The translations under genes were made by a program, and so were the position numbers. From the NCBI RefSeq assembly GCF_000150275.1, contig NW_002061128.1, forward strand, positions 1-9,940: a stretch of DNA of 9,940 bases. Reading direction: 5' to 3'. The stretch comes from Trichoplax adhaerens. Taxonomy: Eukaryota > Animalia > Placozoa. The notes beneath the pieces are model-generated. The model worked only from the letters and a program-made list of their open reading frames with translations. It ran no database searches and was not told where the DNA came from. Positions within the stretch are counted from its first letter, which is position 1, and each line of letters begins with the position of its first letter. Shown here one piece after another: positions 1-9,719 of the stretch.

Positions 1-342
1 TTAGTTGCACCATTTTAGCAGCGGACCATGATTAATCCAATATGGAAAGGATTTCAGTATTTGCGCAGGCATTATTCCTATCACTCATAGTGCAACGAAC
101 TAACCATATCCTATTATATGATTTACAGTTCTACTTTTACCTCTAACCTAATTAAAGGCTCAACATCTTACTGCATGTAGTCATCTGTACTCTACAAAGA
201 GTCTACCTTTACAGTTTGTAATTATGGGCTGCTAAATATACCAAAAGATAAATATAAAAGCGACACTACCGTATATCATACTAACTCTAAATTACTAAGC
301 ATGACTAATAGTCTACAATCACAATACTAAGTTACTTTGCAA

Positions 343-562
343 GCCTTTATCGAGCAGTGTTTGAGACTATTAATAGAAAATTAATGCAGAAATATTTGGT
401 AGATGGTTCACGAGTTAGATGTTAGTATAGTTACTGTAGAAATAAAAATTTGATCAAATAAATTGAAGATACAGTTGCAATTATTTAAATGATAAACTGT
501 CATTCGCTTTGGTTATAAATGAAGTCGTTTAATTTAGATTATGGGTTACTATGTGACTAGTT
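343..562. repeat. Diverged direct repeat; partner 9720-9940
   Basis: Begins with an exact gcctttatcgag. 46/60 ungapped identities by hand count over 343-402 versus 9720-9779. Similarity continues to ctagtt at the window end. Confidence 0.95.
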
Positions 563-1065
563 TATGGTAATTGTAATTAGAATCTGGCCACGTATTATTG
601 GTCAGAAAATTTATTCGTTAGAAATCGCAGTTTTGTTAAAGCATAAGCTCGTAAAGTAGAGGACTAACTCAATACATATCAACATTTAAGTTGATTCCAT
701 ATTTGGGCGCTACTTTCAGATTTTCCAATTTACTCATCCTGAAATCGATTGTTTACAGTAAAATTGTTAACTTTTTTATTCATAGGTTAAGATTAAAATC
801 GTAGATCATAATTTGTATGAAAATTGTTGACTCTCGTATATCTACAATACCTCAGAAGAGGCTAATTCAAAATGTAGAGTAACCTTTTGATAGCTATGCT
901 ATATCGTAATATCAGCGACTTTGCATAACATAAAAAGAGGAGTAGCTGCAGAGGTAAAGAAAATGATAGAAAAAAGAATCCAATACTTTAGCACTTGAAA
1001 TTAATTGCAAATAATTCCTAAAAGTCTATTAAATAATTATCTGATTGAAGCACTAACGTCAGTTC

Positions 1066-1090
1066 TATACGTATTAGTCTAATACGTATA
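1066..1090. repeat. Perfect 12-bp inverted repeat with 1-nt spacer
   Basis: tatacgtattag-t-ctaatacgtata. Confidence 0.85.
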
Positions 1091-4000
1091 TTTTAGAGTT
1101 AGCGTTATGGTACTGTGTCGTTTTGTAATATATAACGTATTGATTTCGTAGCTTCATAGGCTCATTTAAGGATTATATAACATAAAATAAAATACAAAAT
1201 TAAAGCTGGATTCTTAGTCACTAAGTGCTGATAATCAAAGCAAAGTAGTTTCCAAAATATAATTAAGTTACGAGTACGTTACCTTTGCTGCTCTAAAAGC
1301 CAAAATTCCCGTTTAGATTCTTCTTACTGCGATATTCCACAAGATGCCGAACAGAGATAATTAGAACTATGCTATTTGATCAATTAATAAAGTAAACTTT
1401 TAATTTGCTGGCTCTTTATTCAGATATTCTAATGACTAAGAGAAGCGCAATAATCTCCTAAGATATTAAATTAATATCTACGTTACACCTGAAATTAAAT
1501 AACCAATATGATTTAGGTTTTGTATTATAGTCTTTTAGTAATAGCTAGCCGTCAAGTTATAATGCATACCAATCGAAAATCTCCATAAAAAGATGCTATA
1601 CTCATATACATAAAATTCGAATTCGCGACAACAATTAAAATGAAATGAGAAAGTAGTGCGTTACGGTATCGTAAATGATTAATTGATAATCAAATTTTTC
1701 ATTTTATTCTTTATGTCTGAATTTAATGAATAGTACGGTAAGTACTGATGCCCAACGGCTAGAAATATTTCGTAAAATTGGTTAATTTTTCGACTGTATT
1801 GTATAACAGTAATAACCAATTTAATTATTAACTAATTAACTAGTCAGTAATAAATATTTTCGGAAAGCTGTCTGCCTGGTCATCCGTTACGATGTTTATA
1901 AGGAACTTGGCGATATTTTAACAATATTTTGGATTCATCGATGTATGTTTTAACTGCAGATTGAACAGGTTGTATGCTACTTGATTACTTACGTAGCATA
2001 CTACAGTCATTGAAAAGCCTTCAGAAGCGATGGTTCATTAGTATTCTTAAATGTACCGGCTATTAATATTTCACAAACAATATCTTGATCTAATATGTAA
2101 TATAATTCCGAACTGCTTTAGTCTTAAACAATTGCGGTAGATCACAAACACATTTAAACATGTTATTAGTGAAAAAAGAATAATATCCAAATGACGTTAA
2201 TGAAAAGCTGAAATTTTTCCTTTTTGAAATAAATAATCCCTGGGAAGAAATTACCAAAGTGAATGTACTTTGTACAGTTATTGAAGGGTTATGAGACAAA
2301 ATTTGGATAAAATTATCAATATCATGTTTTGAATAGATTATACAGCACTTAATATTAGGAATTCTTTTATTTTCGTAATCAATGAAATGTCAATCTTATC
2401 ACTTTTGTAATAAAATCAGTCAAACTAGATGTTGTTAGCTTTAAGATACAGATTACATTCATTCAAGTATCGTACAACATTATTTGATGGATAGGTTACG
2501 GCCAATGTTCGAAGTTGATACAAATCTATACCATTGATGTAGGTATCTCCACCCATTTATTCTGTAGCATAAACACTTCTTTTTACGAAATGTATAAAAT
2601 AGTTGAAAGCATCGATCATCGAGTCTATTTATTATTGTGATTAATGTAGAAAGAATTTAATTGTATTAGTAAGTAATTCTAATTTACGAGAACTGTGAAA
2701 GATAGCGACAACGTACCAATTATTTAAATATTTGCGTACTAGTGGTATTCATAAAACAATCATACCCTCTTTTTCTGTCTAATATCGAAAATTAGTAACA
2801 ATAAGAAACGATCTTTTTACTACAACCAAAATCCTGAACTATCTTGACTTACCTTGCCACCACCGTGATTTTAAGATGCCGTATTTAAACATTTATATAT
2901 AATTGTTTTCCCGAAAATTAATGAATTCGAAAAACTTCATTCACTTCTATATATTATACATTAAAATTTATTTGTTTCATTAGAAGGTCTATTAGAAGAT
3001 TTCCTTATTTCAAGTAATAAATAAAGTGAGATACTCCATGTTATCTAGAAGTATCTATTAACTAACTCTATCTTGGCGATGGCTATGTAAGTTAAGTGCG
3101 AACTCAATGTTAACTAATAATACAACATATTTTATAACTAGAATAAGTTTAAATTATGTCTTTCAGTTATAGTGTCGCCAGCAAGACTTATTTTAATAGA
3201 TAGATAAATAAGTAACGACATAACTACACTTCCTAAGCTTCCTATTAATCCTCTTCTGAAGCACACAACCAAGCATAGAATTCCTACCACACTTGATGTA
3301 TAGGTCGAGAGGAGACAATCCGAAAAAGCTTAGATGTGCCGATATGATGTAATTGCTTATCAGACAGAGACCTTTATTTAATGATATCTGCCCACAAGCC
3401 ATATAGACATATATAGTATAATTTATTCTACGTGACTTACAATAAAGCTATAGCCAAATTTAGTGTCGTAACTCACAATAATACCACATAAAAAGAATTT
3501 CTTTCAAAGCAATCAGTTATTGTATTATGTTCATTATTGTATTTTTGATATTTTTAGCAATCTTAACCGCTAAAATTAGTTCAACAAAGCCAAAATTATA
3601 GAACATATAATGATTTTAAAAGTATAAGAGGATATTCAGGAATACTTGTATATTATTTACGATAGGTATGATCAGTAACCAATTTCAAGAATTACTTATT
3701 TTAACTTTCTGATCTGAATTAATATAATAGAAATTGCTAGCATCTATAGCAAGGAATGACTGAATAATTAAGCTAAATAAGCCTGATTGCCAATTAATAT
3801 TATCCCTCATGACGAAAATCTCACCAACTTTTACATCTTATCTCATGCAAATGCCGATAGACGTACCACAGTTTATAGGGCATTAAATATAGCTTTTTGA
3901 GTATGAAAATAGTGATAGTATCACATTTCGATCGTACGATAGCTCGAACTTTAAGAAAAAAACATTTGACTTAAGATTCGAATTTTAAAAAATCTAATCT

Positions 4001-4500
4001 AAGAAGTAATTCTGTCTTTTTCCGCTAATTTATTTCTATAAGCCATTGGTAGATGCTGAACAGAATCTATCTTCGTCATTAGTTAATGGTTATTATTACC
4101 ATAAATGCTAATGCAGTCGTATTTAATAATCCTAATATGCGTCCGTAGAATTAAACACTTTAAAGTGCTAAATTTCACGGATACAGATATATCGTTTAAT
4201 GAAAATATGTTAATTATCCGTATAGTAAATATAAGGATTATAACAGCTAAATCTTTGATGATTCTGGCTAATAAGTACCATAAGTCTTGAATTTATGCAT
4301 TTGGAAAACTACCAATTTAAAAGGTTTTTTTAAAAAGTACCGTATACGTGTCTGAAACTGTAGAAGACGACTAAGAATAATTTAACAATTAAATAAGTAA
4401 ACGATTTTATCATATGTATTTTTGCTTCCTTATGTTCTAACATGACGCTTTGTACTACCTTACTTTATTCCTAATTCAACCGAGATAAATGTAGTGAAAA

Positions 4501-4506
4501 TTTATT
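4501..4506 (-). promoter_or_regulatory. Candidate polyadenylation signal AATAAA for the GPCR (second candidate at 4464-4469)
   Basis: tttatt on + strand is AATAAA on - strand, directly after the stop codon. The hexamer is common in AT-rich DNA, so support is weak. Confidence 0.3.
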
Positions 4507-5508
4507 TTAAATATCTTCATCTGCATTTCTGGAGGATATTCGTACAACCCGATTTACACGCAATTCCATTCGCTTAAGTATTATTAGCGCTCTTTTTCGT
4601 ATATTTTGGTCAAACTTTAAGTATATAAGTGGATTTAAGACTACTACCGATACTGTTACCGCCATAGAGAAAAACGCCAACAGAAACAAAAAAATACTTT
4701 GTTGACGCAATTGCATAAGAGATTGACCACTTATTGCTATTCGTACAGTAGCTGCGAAAAATGGCCAACTTAAGGCGATATATGTTGCAGAAATACTAAT
4801 CAGAACTTTGATGATTCGTTTCTTTCTTGCTTGCTGCTCTATCCAATTCCTTTGTAAATGTCGTCCTGGTTGTTGATAAGACTTTTGATGGGCAATAATT
4901 TTACCATATATAGTAGCTAGCGAAATTGCTGGTATTATAAATAAAATGAAAGCATGGCATATTAGGTAGACCGAGACTGATGCCGTTATATCTGGAAAAT
5001 CGCATAATAACGGGTCCTCTTCATGAACTGATACGTACTGGAATAGTGGTATATGAATGCAAACTGCCAAGACCCAGATCGTAATTTCGCTGATAATTAT
5101 GAAATTATTCTTGTATCTTCGATAGAAGACTGAAAACGGCTTAACAACCATAAAATAGCGATCTATTCCTATTAGACATAGATTCATTACAGATACAAGA
5201 TATGATGCAAAAATGAATAGCACGGTAACACGACAGAATAATTCTCCCTGAGCAAAATTTAATTTATAATCGGATACAATGGAATAGCATACTATCGCGG
5301 CCACCGTAGCTAGAGTGTCCGAAGTAATACACATACTCATTAATCGGTAAGTAGTCGTTTTGAGTTGTCGATCGATAAAGAATAGGTAAAGCATAAATAT
5401 ATCAAGAATTAATCCAATAGCAAATAGCGGAATAGAAACAATAGCTGCATATTTAGAAAGATAGGATAAAATATCCGAACTTGTCATGTTATTTGCGGAA
5501 TTATTCAT
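4507..5508 (-). CDS. Intronless class A (rhodopsin-like, 7tm_1) G protein-coupled receptor, 333 aa, orphan
   Basis: Seven hydrophobic segments. Motifs: D2.50 (ITSD), C3.25 (LFCR), DRY (GIDRY..VVKP), W4.50 (TIWV), ECL2 Cys (LLCD), P5.50/Y5.58 (FIIP...TIY), basic ICL3 (RKKRIIK), P6.50 (SWP), NPxxY (NPLIY). N-terminal sequons NNS and NMT. An in-frame TAA lies shortly upstream of the ATG. Confidence 0.96.
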   Translation of the reverse strand: MNNSANNMTSSDILSYLSKYAAIVSIPLFAIGLILDIFMLYLFFIDRQLKTTTYRLMSMCITSDTLATVAAIVCYSIVSDYKLNFAQGELFCRVTVLFIFASYLVSVMNLCLIGIDRYFMVVKPFSVFYRRYKNNFIIISEITIWVLAVCIHIPLFQYVSVHEEDPLLCDFPDITASVSVYLICHAFILFIIPAISLATIYGKIIAHQKSYQQPGRHLQRNWIEQQARKKRIIKVLISISATYIALSWPFFAATVRIAISGQSLMQLRQQSIFLFLLAFFSMAVTVSVVVLNPLIYLKFDQNIRKRALIILKRMELRVNRVVRISSRNADEDI

Positions 5509-6283
5509 ACTGCGCTTTATTAATATTTCTTAGGAGAAATTTTGCAAAGGTAGGCATAAAATTAATTAAATTACACTTTTAACATAGGAATATGAAACTG
5601 TGATTCCCAAAATGAATGATAAGAAATAACTACAAACACACAGTAAACCCAATATGATTAGACCACCGACTGTGCCAATTCTATCTTACATTCGAATCTT
5701 TTAGCAACCAATGCTATGTCGGTGAAACACTTGCGTAAACTTGTATCAAAAATTTATCTCTGGACGTAAACGCTAAATTATAGTAAACGTATGTTAGATG
5801 CACAATAATGAGCAATGAGTTGGACAGTTTTAATGAAAAATTATCAATTAAAACTTAAATTGGAACAAAATATCATTTTAGCCTCACCTTTTGCCAAATG
5901 CCTAATTACAATTAATTAATTCATAGGCGTTTAGCATCAAAAAATGAACATAAACAAAGTACTAATACTATACTATTTTAATATTTCATCTCTATCAAGA
6001 TGCCATTATCCAAGCAGACGATATAAGTAACGTATTCAGTTAAGATAAGAAATTACCCGGTAACATCAATCCGAAGCATAATTCTATAATAATAAAACGA
6101 GCAAATCTGACTATTGCTGTATCCAGAATTCCATGTTACGGTTTATGTACTGGTTCATTCCATTTCAAATCATTTTAATTCAATAATATCTGCTGAAGAA
6201 TCTTATCAACGCTATTTAAAATAATTTCAAAATAGAAACAAGGGAATTATCATTGTAAGACTCTTATCTACGATGCAATAATA

Positions 6284-7670
6284 AGTAAAATAAGTGTATT
6301 ATTATCATGTACAAATTTTGATAGATTTTGAGAAGTAATTTAATTCCGGTAATTAATAATTTTGAGTCTTTGGGGTGGCCTATAGGTATTAAAATTCAAT
6401 TACTAAATTAAAATATCCTTGTTTCATTGGTGTTATTTTATTCATGGGAGTTAGCCCGGAATTTACAATTTAACGCTACATCAGATACAAATAGCGAGAT
6501 CTTTGACTTCACTAAGGATTTCATTTCGGCGATAAATATTTCTGTAGAAAATAGTGCGGTGTTGTTATAAATTTCGGCAGGTAGTTCAGACAAAAAATAA
6601 ATGAAACTGTGAGCATTGTATAAGATTTATATTATGTAGACTTTACCGCCAATACATGCATGCATAATATAATAAGTCATTGCCAAAGCTCAATAACCTA
6701 AATATAGTTGAATGAATTAGCTACAGCTTTTAGTAAAAGATCTATCTCATAGGCCTTAGACATTTAGGACCATTTACAAACGGAAGAAACATGCACTACC
6801 AGAGAATTACTAGTAGAATTAACTAAAATATGGCAGGTGTTACACTTTCTATCTAAAAAGAACAGAAATAAATTCTCTTATTACAACAATAATAGCGACT
6901 GATGAGTTAAATTGATTTTGTATGTAAAGTAAAATTATTAATCCCTGATAGATAGTTGTGACAAAGTGTCTTCTTAAAAATACGACACGAACTACAGTTT
7001 CTGATAAACTTCACTTTATTACATAAAATTAGGTTCGTCTCACAACTACCAAGGACTGTCTAGCTTCAATAAGACTATCTCTGGACTATCTTTTACAGCG
7101 AAAGCTTGCGGTTTATATACCCTTTGTTGCAGAATGAATTTTATACATTGCAATCAAATCTTGCCAATTAAGTCGCAAGATAACAGTTTATCGTCGTGCT
7201 AACTATTCATTATTCATGCGTCTAATTAATAGTCCAGTTTGCAATTATTGAATAAATCAATTCGTTATTTCAGCTTAGGAAAATTATCCTTTTAGCTACA
7301 ATCTTAAGTACGAATTGTAGTATGATCAAAGTAGAGCGTCTAAAGAAATTAGTGGACCATTAATATCAATTCTGAAATAATTGAAATAATAGATAGTTTT
7401 GATATCATTAATTAAAACTTTTGTGACAGCAATTACGAGATTTCGTACTGATCTTGACAGAAGTATCCATAAGTATAGACTCATAAACAAGTTGGTAATG
7501 CTACAATGTGTGGAGCAACATTTTCTATGATGGTAAATAGGAATGAATCACTCTGATTATTTACTTTCACATTACCTTTACTGTAAAAACTCTGACAATA
7601 TTTACAGATATTTCGATCTAACGTTGATAGAATTACTAGATCAAAGATTATTTTAGACATTGTCATAATA
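6284..7670. repeat. Diverged direct repeat; partner 7742-~9530
   Basis: Anchors: agtaaaataagt 6284/7742; 26-nt exact match 6456-6481/7913-7938; gtaaagtaaaatta 6924/8935; tttgcaattatt 7238/9133; atcttgacagaa 7451/9340. Confidence 0.95.
6957..7224 (-). mobile_element. Truncated LTR-like insertion (3' part of an LTR)
   Basis: B/C homology breaks at 6957 and resumes at ~7226. On the - strand the segment has TATATAAA (7119-7112), AATAAA (7020-7015) and ends TGTCACA at the breakpoint. No matching terminus at the other end. Confidence 0.6.
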
Positions 7671-7691
7671 AATATGAAAAAGAATATCAGG

Positions 7692-7741
7692 NNNNNNNNN
7701 NNNNNNNNNNNNNNNNNNNNNNNNNNNNNNNNNNNNNNNNN
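7692..7741. other. Assembly gap (50 N), true size unknown
   Basis: Run of n. Paralog homology runs up to it from both sides. Confidence 0.99.
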
Positions 7742-9530
7742 AGTAAAATAAGTTTATTACTATGCATGCACAGATTCTGATTGACACTGAGAAATTGTGA
7801 TTTCGGTAATCAATAGTTNTGAGTCTTTGGGCTGACCTACTAATATCAAAATTTAACTGCTATATTATAATATCGCTTATTTCATTGGTATTAATTTTTG
7901 ATTTGAATTTAACCGGAATTTACAATTTAACGCTACATTATTGTCACAGTCATCAAAATAACTTAGATACGGATGTGTAATTTATGATAACATTTTGTTT
8001 CGAACTTTTTAGAAGTATGAACTACTACTTTAGGAATTATTATTGTTAGTTATATTCTAAGCTATTATGATATTATGATGATATAGAAATATGTTACAAG
8101 ATACTTATATCGAGAACATAGGAGCTTGACAGGGCTTGCAGTCGAAGTAGATTTACGTATGAAGTTGTTTATTAGCTCGAATGTCCGTATTTGATAATTC
8201 AATCGTAATAACATGTTTGTTATTGAAATATGTTGGTAGCATAGTAAACATGTTTATAACTACTGAAAGAGCATATAAGAAGGACTGTGATCAATAAATA
8301 GTGATTTTCATGTTAAGGCTAAGTTTTGCGTTAGTTTTATATCGCATAGTGTGTTCAGCGAGTTAGTAGTTCGCAAGGATTCCAGTTACTATACCGTAGG
8401 CTAGGGAAGTAGTTCTGCGGATTAACTTAAAGTTTATTATAATTACTGCGTTGTTTCCTTGTGTCGCAAGGGTAGTTGTGGCAATTATTTACAAATAACG
8501 AAATCTTTGACGTCATCAAAAATTTCATTTTCGTCTATACATATTTCAAGATGGAATAACGCGTAATTATAAAATTTCCGCAGAAAGTTCAGATATAAAT
8601 TGTACAGAACTATAAGCATTGTTTAAAATTTGTATATTACAGGCTTTGCAGCCAATGCATGTATAATACAACAGGTCATTATCTAAAACTGAATAGAATA
8701 GACATCCTTAGATAGCAATAGCTTATAATAAAAAATTTATCTCCTGAAATAAGACGTTTCATTTTTGAGGGCCATGTATCAACAGAAGAAACATTCACTT
8801 TCAGATAATTACCTATAGAATTAGCTGGGGTGTGGGGTACAAGATATGACTCATTACTTTTCTATCTATTAATAACGAGGAAAAACTGCTATTGTAGTAA
8901 TAAAAATGTATGATGAATTTAATTTTTTTTGTCCGTAAAGTAAAATTAGTACTTTCCGATAGATAATGTATTGGTATTTATTTACCCTAGAAGAAACAGC
9001 TGAATTAGATACAGATGCTACCAAAATGTCGAGAAATAACATCAATTATTTACTTTTTTATTGAATACCCCAACTATATTGAGTCCATATGAATCGATCA
9101 AGTCGATTATATTTATTTATTTAATAGTCAAATTTGCAATTATTAAATAAACTTATTTGAACTTTACTTCAGGAAAATTATTCTTAGTTTCAATCTTGAG
9201 TATGGATAGTATATGTCTCAAATACGACATCTAAAGAAATTACTGAACTATAAATATCTTTAAGAAATAATTGGAACGATAGATAGTTTCGATATCACTC
9301 ATTAAAAATTTTGTGAGAGCAATACGATATTGTATGCTTATCTTGACAGAATTATTTAAATAAAAGATTCATAAATAAATTGGTTATGTTACAATCTATG
9401 GTGTAACATTTTGACTAATAATAAATAGCAAGAGTTAACTATCCTGTAAATACTCTTACAGTATTTATTGATATTTTGATCAAACGTTAATAAAATTATT
9501 AAAATAAGGATAACTATGGTATTGTTATGA
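7742..9530. repeat. Diverged direct repeat; partner 6284-~7670
   Basis: Same anchors as the partner. Co-linear apart from the 542-bp insertion, the 8967-9120 versus 6957-7225 replacement and small indels. Confidence 0.95.
7942..8483 (+). mobile_element. Probable solo LTR (542 bp) of an LTR retrotransposon
   Basis: Starts TGTCACA and ends TGTGGCA (6/7 inverted repeat). Flanked by ATTAT at 7937-7941 and 8484-8488. Removing the element and one ATTAT gives gctacattatttacaaataacg, which aligns without gaps to the paralog gctacatcagatacaaatagcg (6475-6496). Internal ATATAA (8273-8278), AATAAA (8293-8298) and a GT-rich 3' end. Confidence 0.85.
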
Positions 9531-9719
9531 CAAAATTAGCAAGAAAATAAATGTTATAGAATAACAAAGTTATTTTAAGCAAATTTTGTAGACAATAATT
9601 TCTTGCGCATACTCATACTTGTATAAACTAAAGTAAAATTACTGGCTACGTTTAAAAATTGCACAAGAAATGTTAAATCAAAATTTTAGTCTTATTTTTC
9701 GCCAATTTTGATCAATAAA

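Larger units (their letters stand above)
343..2450 (-). pseudogene. Copy A: decayed gene with tandem F5/8 type C (discoidin)-like domains; boundaries approximate
   Basis: Manual minus-strand translation. Stop-free frame 2389-2090 reads ...SKHDIDNFIQI...VISSQG...NFSFSLTSFG...LPQLFKTKAVR. Also RIRIL/LFMEIFD (~1630-1568), RNYLQL (~1019-1002), LKVAPKYGINLNVDMY* (719-669), NKTAISNE*I (637-608) and HNLN*TTSFITKANDS (~543-496). These match the FA58C consensus order IxxxQI..RLN..W..ND..WLQID..TQG..YS.DG..ARYIRIxP..LRxELYG. Many stops and frameshifts. Confidence 0.6.
6053..7691 (-). pseudogene. Copy B: decayed tandem F5/8 type C-like gene segment, interrupted by an LTR-like insertion and running into the assembly gap
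   Basis: NDLKWNE (~6173-6153), LDTAIVRFARFII (~6126-6088) and RIMLRIDVTG (6085-6056) followed by a GT donor-like site. This is a typical FA58C C-terminus. Co-linear DNA similarity to copy C. Confidence 0.6.

Noticed and set aside
1972-2001. 9-bp inverted repeat gtatgctac/gtagcatac
   Set aside because: Short and plausible by chance; terminator-type interpretations do not apply to this eukaryotic context.
2090-2299. 69-aa ORF as a stand-alone gene
   Set aside because: Starts at TTG and the open frame extends upstream to 2389; better explained as a discoidin-domain relic.
3193-3402. 69-aa ORF (-)
   Set aside because: No recognisable motif; lies within a possible repeat relic; consistent with a chance ORF.
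4105-4290. 61-aa ORF (+)
   Set aside because: I/N/K/L-rich composition typical of random AT-rich DNA; no motif.
4507-5508. Opsin identity or a specific ligand or gene symbol for the GPCR
   Set aside because: Position 7.43 is Val, not Lys; no diagnostic ligand-binding residues recognised.
5509-6056. Discoidin exons spliced onto the GPCR as an ectodomain
   Set aside because: The only nearby acceptor is a weak AAG whose phase (1) does not match the relic donor (2); the GPCR has its own ATG and glycosylated N-terminus; the discoidin frames are broken.
6540-7290. LRR-like fragments (FPKLK*RIDLFNNCKL; LSELPAEIY)
   Set aside because: The paralog does not preserve the LxxLxLxxN frame and there is no LRR periodicity; ordered F5/8 motifs explain the region better.
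7481-7666. 61-aa ORF (-) as an independent small gene
   Set aside because: Lies within pseudogene copy B; the paralogous stretch in C has stops and a ~25-nt indel.
6284-9530. B/C as an uncollapsed haplotype artefact
   Set aside because: Divergence is far beyond normal allelic levels and each copy has its own insertion.
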